A stretch of DNA of 64,000 bases from a virus (IMGVR_UViG_3300034031_000001:487-64486), one strand, 5' to 3'; counted from the first letter of the stretch, positions 1 to 7,250 are shown. Made by a program: numbers and translations. The notes: generated from the letters alone by a model not told the origin.

Positions 1-420
1 TTATTGCGAGGCTCCATGCTTATTTAGGTTTAGTTTGCTATTAATGGAGGCTTTAGTAGCTTGTTCCATTAACTCCTTAGTGATTACATCCTTATAAGCA
101 TCTAGACTGTCTAGATAGTCTATAGATACATCCCGTGTGTAAAGGTACTCTACAGGCTTCTCATTGGCCTGTACAATCCTTCGCTTGGTCTTGTACCTAA
201 CGAGTACTCTAGGGGCAAATAGAGGCCCTCCGTCAGCATCACTAATCTCTACTGATTTCTCGTAGATACAGTAACGATTAACATCCTTGTCCTCTATATC
301 AAGGCTCCATACCTTTATAGGGTGAGGAGCATTGGGATACAACATATTCCACACATTAGCGTAGATATTATGTGCCATGATTACTTGCAATATTATTTGC
401 TTACGTATCTCTGTATACAT
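1..420 (-). CDS. hypothetical phage protein
   Basis: 139-aa ORF in a tightly packed minus-strand gene run; no recognisable motif. Confidence 0.65.
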   Translation of the reverse strand: MYTEIRKQIILQVIMAHNIYANVWNMLYPNAPHPIKVWSLDIEDKDVNRYCIYEKSVEISDADGGPLFAPRVLVRYKTKRRIVQANEKPVEYLYTRDVSIDYLDSLDAYKDVITKELMEQATKASINSKLNLNKHGASQ

Positions 421-426
421 GGCTCA

Positions 427-738
427 TTAATTTACATTACCAACCCACATACTATCAGCATTTCCAGTTACTTCTAACACAACTAGATTATCTCCTTTAG
501 CAGGCACTTCTTCCCTAGATTGTGTATAGATTACTACTACATGTTCAGAGGGTTGCTCATCACGTGCAGCTTGTAATGGATTATATTGATACAGAGCACT
601 TTCATAAATGAGTCTAGCTCTTTTATCAATAGTGCTTGCCTTAACAGTACCAGAACCTTGTTCTAGTCTATTACCTACTACCCATATTATGGATAGTATC
701 ATCATAGCCACAAAGGCTAGTAATATACCTTGTCTCAT
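427..738 (-). CDS. hypothetical membrane-anchored protein
   Basis: N-terminal hydrophobic helix (ILLAFVAMMILSIIWVV); preceded by the repeated TTAAAACACCCCAAACAAAATG leader. Confidence 0.7.
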   Translation of the reverse strand: MRQGILLAFVAMMILSIIWVVGNRLEQGSGTVKASTIDKRARLIYESALYQYNPLQAARDEQPSEHVVVIYTQSREEVPAKGDNLVVLEVTGNADSMWVGNVN

Positions 739-1205
739 TTTGTTTGGGGTGTTTTAATATCAATTTGTTTACAACAATTTGGATTCATTATAAATACACT
801 CTCAACATCCCAACCATATAGATTAGGCTCTGAGTAACGTGTAGTACTCTCACCACGTTGAGTCAGCCATATGACATCATGTGACTTTGACACTGACTCG
901 AAATCAATGAACCTCATACTAGGCAAAAAAGGATGGTGAATAAGAGGTAATCTTATTAGGTCAATTAAAGAGTCAATAATATATATCCTAGCTTCCTTAT
1001 TCAACTCTAGTTTAAAGCTATTAACTTTATCAATATGCCTAACACCCTCTGATGTACACCAATCCTTCCAACCCCATTCAGAGTTAATAGGTGATGTCCA
1101 TAGTCCACCATATGGTTTTATCCACTGTCTATTGACAATTTTACCTACTCGTTCAGGAATGTATTCAGTATGTCCATAATGTATTAGTGTGCCCGGATGT
1201 CTCAT
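735..1205 (-). CDS. conserved hypothetical phage protein (possible ADP-ribosyltransferase-like fold)
   Basis: Motifs LIHYG, KPYGGLWTSP, WKDWC, HDVIWLT, LYGWDVES..IMNP; overlaps both neighbours; fold is inference only. Confidence 0.6.
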   Translation of the reverse strand: MRHPGTLIHYGHTEYIPERVGKIVNRQWIKPYGGLWTSPINSEWGWKDWCTSEGVRHIDKVNSFKLELNKEARIYIIDSLIDLIRLPLIHHPFLPSMRFIDFESVSKSHDVIWLTQRGESTTRYSEPNLYGWDVESVFIMNPNCCKQIDIKTPQTK

Positions 1206-1450
1206 AAATTATCATAATCCATTAGACTATCGAGAGTAGGATTCTCACCATACTTAATACTACCAATAGGCTCCATACTCTCATCGAATATGTTATAACC
1301 TACCGTGTCTACATTCATGTGATACTCTGTTGGAGCTACCACAACCTTAATAGTTGGTGTATGTGTTATCGAATAGATACCAATAGCACCTAGAGATATG
1401 CCAATGAGCATAATAGCCAATGCGCATATTAATAAAGAGATATTTTTCAT
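1202..1450 (-). CDS. hypothetical membrane protein (start moved from 1537 to 1450)
   Basis: ATG at 1450 follows the repeated leader TTAAAACACCCCAAAAACAAATG; N-terminal TM helix ISLLICALAIMLIGISLGAIGIY. Confidence 0.7.
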   Translation of the reverse strand: MKNISLLICALAIMLIGISLGAIGIYSITHTPTIKVVVAPTEYHMNVDTVGYNIFDESMEPIGSIKYGENPTLDSLMDYDNL

Positions 1451-1558
1451 TTGTTTTTGGGGTGTTTTAAGATTAATGGAGCATCTCACTCCTTTACATA
1501 ACTGTGCCTTGTGAGCTACGTCAATGTGGCTGTTCATAAACTAGCTTAAGTAGTACTC

Positions 1559-1822
1559 TTATTTACGTTTATTTGCTTTCTTACGTGCATTCTTCTCATT
1601 GAGGGCGTATATTATTACACCATCAATGTTAAATGGCTTGTGACCATTAGGTATTGGTTTCTCAGGCATATGACTGGTAATCTGTGATGAGTGTATGCCA
1701 CCATTAATTGATGATGTACCCATCATAGCTAAGCCTGCTAGTACACCTAATAGGCCAAGCCCACGACGCATACTAGGTGCAGGCTGTAACATACCATCTA
1801 TTTCAGGAATATATTCTTTCAT
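1559..1822 (-). CDS. hypothetical protein
   Basis: 87 aa, hydrophobic stretch, C-terminal IYALNEKNARKKA; packed in operon. Confidence 0.65.
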   Translation of the reverse strand: MKEYIPEIDGMLQPAPSMRRGLGLLGVLAGLAMMGTSSINGGIHSSQITSHMPEKPIPNGHKPFNIDGVIIYALNEKNARKKANKRK

Positions 1823-1824
1823 AG

Positions 1825-2211
1825 CTATTTAAGATTAGCTCTTGTTCTGTGAACTGATTTGTTTACTTTAGTACACTGTTTAGTGAACTTGTTATTCCAC
1901 GCATTATACTGTGGCTTAGGATACTCTTGTGTAAAGTATTGAGCGGTAGTTAATTCAGGTATATCAAAATCATAATGTCTCTTAAACTCATACCTTTCAA
2001 CAATAGCATCTAACTGCTCTGTAACAGTAGGTGGTACACCCTCTTCATCAGTAATAACCATTATTGTAGAGTGAGTGTCCATAGCCAATGCAAGTAGTGC
2101 GTGATGTAACATAGCAGTCTTACCCATTACACCAGCAGATATGATTACAATACCACGTTCCCTTTCTGGTGCGTCGCCAATTAGTTCTATATGTGCATCT
2201 ATTGATTCCAT
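1825..2211 (-). CDS. hypothetical protein with a degenerate P-loop-like segment
   Basis: 128 aa; IVIISAGVMGKT near the N-terminus; too short for a full ATPase. Confidence 0.6.
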   Translation of the reverse strand: MESIDAHIELIGDAPERERGIVIISAGVMGKTAMLHHALLALAMDTHSTIMVITDEEGVPPTVTEQLDAIVERYEFKRHYDFDIPELTTAQYFTQEYPKPQYNAWNNKFTKQCTKVNKSVHRTRANLK

Positions 2212-2217
2212 GATAAA

Positions 2218-2466
2218 CTATTTAACACGCTCTAAGAGAATATAATATCTGTTATTCCATCCATCACGTACAGTATCGCCCACTCTATAACTAGAGTCCA
2301 AATGGTTAAGATGTATACCATCTTCAAAGAGATATCCACCTGAACTCATTTGTGTTGCCTGTCTAGTCCTAAATTTAACCTCTCCCTTATCAGGGGATGA
2401 ACCACATGCATGTAGCATGATAATAGCCATTACAGCTAAGATGAGTAATCTAATATTATGTGTCAT
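2218..2466 (-). CDS. putative lipoprotein
   Basis: Signal peptide with lipobox-like LHAC-G; preceded by the repeated leader. Confidence 0.65.
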   Translation of the reverse strand: MTHNIRLLILAVMAIIMLHACGSSPDKGEVKFRTRQATQMSSGGYLFEDGIHLNHLDSSYRVGDTVRDGWNNRYYILLERVK

Positions 2467-2490
2467 TGTTTTGGGGTGTTTAAATGATAT

Positions 2491-2637
2491 TTAACAGGCA
2501 TCAATACTCACTATATCAGCTATAGGAATAGGCCATTCTGAGTTGTCAATAAGCCTGATAGAAGCTATATCTCCACTAAAGTCAATAGGGAGTATAGCTT
2601 CTAATTCAGCTGTTTTTGTCTTAATTATTACATTCAT
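2491..2637 (-). CDS. small hypothetical protein (48 aa, not in ORF track)
   Basis: ATG 2637 to TAA 2491, MNVIIKTKTAELEAILPIDFSGDIASIRLIDNSEWPIPIADIVSIDAC; fills the gap directly after the upstream stop. Confidence 0.55.
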   Translation of the reverse strand: MNVIIKTKTAELEAILPIDFSGDIASIRLIDNSEWPIPIADIVSIDAC

Positions 2638-2638
2638 A

Positions 2639-2977
2639 TTATCCAGCTCTAAATGAGAAATTAGGTGGACTAGTCATCCCCTTATATCCATTGGTGAACT
2701 TAATACGTATCCTTGGTCTTGTCTCACCGTATATATGGCCTATACTGACATAGTCCTCTACTTTAGTGGATTCCTTATTAAGATTGAATTTCTCAGTTAT
2801 AATCTTTACTGTTTCTTCAACCTTACTGTCGTCTAACAAGCTAAATCCTATAGTGTTTGATGATTTCGCATCATTATAGTCATACCCATCGGTACTACCA
2901 TAAAATGAGAATGTAGATATGTCAATACCTTCGATATTGAGCGTTTTAAAGCTGTTTACTTGAATATTAAGTATCAT
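2639..2977 (-). CDS. hypothetical protein
   Basis: 112-aa ORF with A-rich leader. Confidence 0.65.
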   Translation of the reverse strand: MILNIQVNSFKTLNIEGIDISTFSFYGSTDGYDYNDAKSSNTIGFSLLDDSKVEETVKIITEKFNLNKESTKVEDYVSIGHIYGETRPRIRIKFTNGYKGMTSPPNFSFRAG

Positions 2978-3032
2978 GTTTAAGATTTAATATGTGACCC
3001 CATAATGGACGCTTGCAGCCTAACACCTGTTT

Positions 3033-3150
3033 ATACTCCCTGCAAGGAGTTATTAAAAGACTACCACACCAAGTCCTGTTCAGTGGTAACTAGTATTTCT
3101 ACCCACCTTGGACGTGTGCTCGACACAATGGAGGTGTAGTAGCCTTTTAA
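3033..3150 (-). ncRNA. putative structured RNA element
   Basis: 18-bp closing stem (3053-3070 with 3133-3150) that is perfect on the minus strand with 2 G-U pairs; encloses GUCC/GGAC and GGUA-GAAA-UACU stems; adjacent ACUCCU-UGCA-GGGAGU hairpin. Confidence 0.55.
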
Positions 3151-3170
3151 TCGTTCATCTTTAATGTTAT

Positions 3171-3476
3171 TTAAGCAGCTACTGATATATCATCTGCTAT
3201 ATCATCACTGGATTGACCTATTACTTGATTAATTAGATTTGTTGGTAAGGCTAGTGGATACAATGTCTGTATCTCATTCAACTCCCTTAATCCATCTTCA
3301 TCTAACTCTCTACACAAATCTAATAGACACTCAACCCTAATGTGTGCAGTATTTATCTGCTCCAACTTACTAGCGTCTGCGTGTCCTTGTGAAGTCATTA
3401 GGTCAATAACAGCCTGCTTGGCTCGTGCTGCACCCGATAGTCTGGATAACAGTAATGCTTGCAATTGTGCTGACAT
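3171..3476 (-). CDS. hypothetical helical protein
   Basis: 101-aa ORF; TTAAAACAC-type leader. Confidence 0.65.
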   Translation of the reverse strand: MSAQLQALLLSRLSGAARAKQAVIDLMTSQGHADASKLEQINTAHIRVECLLDLCRELDEDGLRELNEIQTLYPLALPTNLINQVIGQSSDDIADDISVAA

Positions 3477-3517
3477 GACTAATGTGTTTTAAATTGTTAA
3501 TGCTATATATACCCTTA

Positions 3518-3805
3518 ATATTATACTGTGAGCCAGCGTTAATAGCCCACAGTATAACATATAAACCTCACAATTCCGACCTAATGTGAGTAAATACACA
3601 GGATATTCGTGTATTTGTGCCCGCTCCTCATCCCATCTTGCGTGATGCTGAGCTTATATATAACACAGTACTTGTCGAAGGTATTGCGCAAATATGCATA
3701 GTTTATATCAATATTATTACACACTACGCTAATAGAGAGGTGTGCCGACACCTTGTTTAGGTTAATGCCCTAGCTTTACTATTAAGCACAGTGTGTAATC
3801 ATATT
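3518..3805 (-). ncRNA. putative large structured non-coding RNA or structured leader
   Basis: ORF-free region with serial stems: 3518-3535/3543-3560 (18 bp, 3 G-U), 3567-3590, 3593-3615, 3716-3735/3779-3799 enclosing AGGUGU-CGGC-ACACCU; mismatches in the long stems resolve as G-U on the minus strand. Confidence 0.55.
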
Positions 3806-3847
3806 GCCCCACTATTATGTGAGTATGTGTAGCCATTTGACTACGTG

Positions 3848-3861
3848 TTAATGCGATGTAT
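3848..3861 (+). repeat. TTAATGCGATGTAT box, copy 1
   Basis: Identical 14-mer at 3999, 17280 and 61638. Confidence 0.8.
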
Positions 3862-3997
3862 ATCAAGTAGAGTAATGCAAATTATAGTAGTTAAGAATGT
3901 GATGAAAACATCCCATAACTACTAGCTCATATAACTCTCAAACATTTATAAATCAATATTAAACGTTTATAAACGATTATTAGTTAATTAAATGCTT

Positions 3998-4020
3998 GTT
4001 AATGCGATGTATTGTCTAAA
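3998..4020 (+). promoter_or_regulatory. TTAATGCGATGTAT box, copy 2 (23-bp exact match to 17279-17301)
   Basis: GTTAATGCGATGTATTGTCTAAA occurs at both sites. Confidence 0.75.
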
Positions 4021-4032
4021 TGAAGAAATAAA

Positions 4033-4064
4033 TTTGGAAGTATGCTCCAAAACCACTATCTTCG
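4033..4064 (+). promoter_or_regulatory. Bacteroidota-type primary-sigma promoter with no downstream plus-strand ORF
   Basis: TTTG (-33), 20-nt spacer, TATCTTCG (-7; consensus TAnnTTTG). Confidence 0.5.
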
Positions 4065-4272
4065 CAGTAGCTATGTGAGTAGCACCTTAATGCAAACGTA
4101 CTACGCCTTCGGCTAACCGCTACACTCCGTTCCGCTAAGCACAAAAAAGCTTCTTAAAACAAAGAGTTTGCTACTTACTAACACTCACTGATAGCGGATG
4201 CTGTGTCTTGTTCCGAAATACTATCTTACTCCAATCAATATCTATATGTTGTGAACCCAAGAATTAACCAGC

Positions 4273-4635
4273 TTATTGCTGGTCATTTCTGTTACTATTA
4301 GCTCTAGCTTCCATTCTCATCTTATCTGCTTCCTTCCAGAACTCCTCTTGGCACTTATGTGATTCCTTCATAGACTCTGTGTTACGTGCTTGCATGAAGC
4401 GAGCAGTATCTAAGTCTGATGCACTTAGCCCACCAATAAGAACTTCCTCACCTTCAGGATTATACTCATTAGGATTACCTTTAGTTGCATCTCCTATAGG
4501 GTTCATAACAAATCCCCCAATTGGTTGAACATCAGGTAGTTGGAATGTAAATACAGCATTGCTGGCATTACTCTCTTGCATTTGGCGTAGCATTTCAAAC
4601 ACTACAGCTTGATTTAAATTAAGGGAAACTAGCAT
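4273..4635 (-). CDS. hypothetical protein (start moved from 4707 to 4635)
   Basis: The upstream part of the 144-aa ORF runs through a terminator hairpin; ATG at 4635 has an A-rich leader. Confidence 0.6.
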   Translation of the reverse strand: MLVSLNLNQAVVFEMLRQMQESNASNAVFTFQLPDVQPIGGFVMNPIGDATKGNPNEYNPEGEEVLIGGLSASDLDTARFMQARNTESMKESHKCQEEFWKEADKMRMEARANSNRNDQQ

Positions 4636-4659
4636 TGTATTTAGATTTAGTTGATTACG

Positions 4660-4705
4660 TGAGAAAAAGAAAGAGGAGTGTATCATTATAATACACTCCC
4701 TTTTC
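4660..4705 (-). terminator. intrinsic terminator after 4734-5387
   Basis: Minus strand GGGAGUGUAUU-AUAA-UGAUACACUCCU followed by CUUUCUUUUUC. Confidence 0.65.
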
Positions 4706-4733
4706 ATTTAGTCCTAGTTCAATTTACGAACTA

Positions 4734-5387
4734 TTACTTACCATCTTGAGCTGGAGTCTGTCCTCCACCACCGGGCTGTTCACCAGCACCAGCTGTGACA
4801 TTGTCCATACGTGCAGCCTCAATCTGAGCTTGCAGTTGTTCAGGACTCAGTTCAGACTCATCGTTCTGGTTGTTATTACCACGAACAAGAGCTAGACGGC
4901 CAATCTTACCAACACCACGTGCAGCGATAAGCTTGGCACGCTCTTGGTTAATCATGGTATTCTGCTCTGCACTACCACGTGCCAGCGCATCCATGTCATT
5001 CGGTACGAAGCGTCCAAGAGGATTCTTGCCCGGAGCACCTGATGTCCAAGCAATCTCGAAAGAATTGCCCTGCCATACTGGTGATGCAAACAACACCTGC
5101 TGTGTAACAGGGTCTTGGATTAGTGCAGTTCTTGGCGTACCATCTGCACCGTCAACACGCACGTTATCCATAACGTCTGCATACGCTTCGTATTCATCCT
5201 GATTGTTGAAGTTAACAACATACAAGAAGAATACACTACCACCCGCTCGCCTGATAGGCTTAGGGTTACTACATAAGAACTTCAGCATACCAAACTTGGC
5301 AGCTGCTTCTCTTGCGGCGACTACGCCTGCATCATTTGGGTCAACTCCACGTAGCTGTGGGATGAAACCTTTGTTTGTACTTGCCAT
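4734..5387 (-). CDS. hypothetical protein, first gene of the leftward operon (possibly nucleic-acid binding)
   Basis: 217 aa, beta-rich core with low-complexity acidic/Gly tail; own structured leader and terminator; function not recognised. Confidence 0.7.
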   Translation of the reverse strand: MASTNKGFIPQLRGVDPNDAGVVAAREAAAKFGMLKFLCSNPKPIRRAGGSVFFLYVVNFNNQDEYEAYADVMDNVRVDGADGTPRTALIQDPVTQQVLFASPVWQGNSFEIAWTSGAPGKNPLGRFVPNDMDALARGSAEQNTMINQERAKLIAARGVGKIGRLALVRGNNNQNDESELSPEQLQAQIEAARMDNVTAGAGEQPGGGGQTPAQDGK

Positions 5388-5444
5388 AACATTTGTTTTA
5401 AGGCGTTAACGATAAATATAACTACTTCCATAACGGATAGAAGC

Positions 5445-5544
5445 CTAGTGTTGGTTGCGCGCTGACATCTGTCTCGATGGACTGTTACTATTCCATTCTG
5501 AGCTGTGCCACGATACCGGGCACACCCCCACGCGCACAATCTAG
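5445..5544 (-). ncRNA. structured 5' leader (multi-way junction) of gene 4734-5387
   Basis: Nested stems CUAG/CUAG, UUGUGCGC/GCGCGCAA, UGUGCC/GGCACA, AUGGA/UCCAU in a GC-rich intergenic stretch. Confidence 0.45.
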
Positions 5545-5619
5545 TCCGGGCTAACTACACAGGGTGGTAAGCCCTCATATAGATATGTTGAACTTTGTAG
5601 GTTTTTTCCGGGGAAAATT

Positions 5620-5650
5620 TTTGGAAAATTCATCAAATAGACTATCTTTA
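5620..5650 (+). promoter_or_regulatory. Bacteroidota-type promoter, probably giving a leaderless mRNA
   Basis: TTTG, 19-nt spacer, TATCTTTA; ATG follows 4 nt later at 5655. Confidence 0.55.
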
Positions 5651-5654
5651 CGTT

Positions 5655-6890
5655 ATGAATTGGATACCTAGTCACGAGAAGGCAATACTAGATACTTTAT
5701 GGGGCTATCCTAATAGGGATGCTATACTAATACAAGGCAGGCAGATGGGGCGCACAAGTCTCATAGAAAGAATGCGTACACAGCAAATACAATATAACAT
5801 AGCTATGGCATCAGCCCAAAGCTTAATAAATGATGCACAAATGGATACAGAACAAGAGAGATTATTGCAACAGCAGATACGTCAATTAGAGGAGAGAGTT
5901 GGTGTACATATAGTTGAGGGTCAAGTAAGTGGACAACCTACTAGTGGATTCTATCCTGAGGGGTCAGTAGATACAGGAGAACATACAGGCCCATCATCAA
6001 ACTATATACATTGGAATAGTGCCCCAGCTCTAGGCCCAGTATATATAGATAACAATACAGCTAGGAACTATCTTAATGGGGAAATAAGTATTGGGAACAC
6101 CTCCCCTAATGAACAAATGGTGGGGCGCTTCACTAGTCAAGCAGCGATAAACAGTCTTAGTGGAGTGGTAAATCCATATAATGGTACTACAGTTCGCCCA
6201 TACATAGTAGATGAGATAGGGCAAATGCCAATGACAGATAGAGCAGAAACATGGGCAAATGCTACAATAGCAGCTAACCCATTAGCTCAGATGATGCCAG
6301 TAGGAGATGGTAGCGCACAATATCATTATGATGAGACTACCAATGGATGGACATGGCAGGCACCAGTTAATACACCTATGCCATATGTTGTAGGAGTAGA
6401 CCCTGTTAGTGCACCGGGAATAGATGGTCAACCCTTTACAGTAAGACTAGATAGAGATGCCTTTGATTACCATACGGTAAATAGGGGAGGTGGTTTATAT
6501 GAGACTATAAGGAATTCAAGTGAACCTACTACTCCCTTAACTGCTGAAACAATTAGAGACACAATGCATCAGGTATTTAATGTACCTAGACCTCAGCGTA
6601 GGGTTCAAGTATTCACTAATGAGGCAGGTATGCGCACCTTTAATGACGCCATGAGAGTAGATGCACGTACATCTTATGACTCTTTAACAAATAAAGTGGA
6701 GTATGGGATGCCATTTGCACTTAGAGGTGACAACAGAATCTGGACAGCTAACTTCCCAGAAGCTAATAGTGCACATTTATGGTTCTGCTCATGCTTAGAT
6801 GAGACAAAGATTATAGCTGATTGGGATATGATACCTATAACTATAGTTCCAGATGAAGAAAAATTTGGAAATATGGATAAAAATACATAG
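5655..6890 (+). CDS. mosaic protein with terminase-, portal- and major-capsid-like segments (candidate immune decoy)
   Basis: Intact 411-aa ORF: ILIQGRQMGRTS (terminase Walker A-like), SLIERMRTQQIQYNIAM (portal-like), NGTTVRPYIVDEIGQMP (TerL Walker B-like), PGIDGQPFTVRL and GLYETIRN..RRVQV (MCP-like). Confidence 0.7.
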   Translation: MNWIPSHEKAILDTLWGYPNRDAILIQGRQMGRTSLIERMRTQQIQYNIAMASAQSLINDAQMDTEQERLLQQQIRQLEERVGVHIVEGQVSGQPTSGFYPEGSVDTGEHTGPSSNYIHWNSAPALGPVYIDNNTARNYLNGEISIGNTSPNEQMVGRFTSQAAINSLSGVVNPYNGTTVRPYIVDEIGQMPMTDRAETWANATIAANPLAQMMPVGDGSAQYHYDETTNGWTWQAPVNTPMPYVVGVDPVSAPGIDGQPFTVRLDRDAFDYHTVNRGGGLYETIRNSSEPTTPLTAETIRDTMHQVFNVPRPQRRVQVFTNEAGMRTFNDAMRVDARTSYDSLTNKVEYGMPFALRGDNRIWTANFPEANSAHLWFCSCLDETKIIADWDMIPITIVPDEEKFGNMDKNT

Positions 6891-6895
6891 GTTTG
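6864..6895 (+). promoter_or_regulatory. Bacteroidota-type promoter
   Basis: TTTG, 20-nt spacer, TAGGTTTG, just upstream of ATG 6912. Confidence 0.6.
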
Positions 6896-6911
6896 CATCA
6901 AACCAGCACCA

Positions 6912-7250
6912 ATGCAAATACTAAAGTTACGTAAAGAGACAGTGAGTAAGGTAGAATTAGCTAATCTAATGCTACATACTTACTGTCTTTTTCAGAATAT
7001 AAAGATTAACAAGACAGAGTTAGATATTCTGTCATATTTTGCTGTATATGGATTTAAAAAGTCCACTAAAGATATCATCTTGCGCAGTAAAATCCTCAAC
7101 TCCCCTAACTCCCTAGAGAATACTATTACAAAATTGCGTAAGCTCCGTCTTCTTGAGAAGAATAGGGATGGGGAAACTGTGCTTATCAAAGAGTTACAGT
7201 TCACAGTTGAGAATAAGATGGGTATGATAATAAAACTGGAGAATGTATGA
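6912..7250 (+). CDS. putative winged-HTH DNA-binding protein
   Basis: INKTELDILSYF...SPNSLENTITKLRKLRLLEK pattern typical of wHTH. Confidence 0.6.
   Translation: MQILKLRKETVSKVELANLMLHTYCLFQNIKINKTELDILSYFAVYGFKKSTKDIILRSKILNSPNSLENTITKLRKLRLLEKNRDGETVLIKELQFTVENKMGMIIKLENV

Noticed and set aside
3053-3150. Hammerhead ribozyme (CUGAACA and GAAA present)
   Set aside because: CUGAACA does not match CUGANGA and the order of elements and stems does not fit the hammerhead core.
4870-5539. ORFs 4870-5202(+), 5203-5409(+) and 5321-5539(-)
   Set aside because: They overlap gene 4734-5387 or its structured leader, have weak starts and implausible composition.
2980-5650. tRNA genes or a CRISPR mini-array in the non-coding stretches
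   Set aside because: No T-loop GTTCRA with a cloverleaf seen; repeats are neither regularly spaced nor of CRISPR length.
5655-6890. Second functional terminase or capsid gene, or a simple pseudogene
   Set aside because: Only short motifs are present, fragments of three different proteins are interleaved, the Walker A lysine position is Arg, and the frame is intact behind a promoter.
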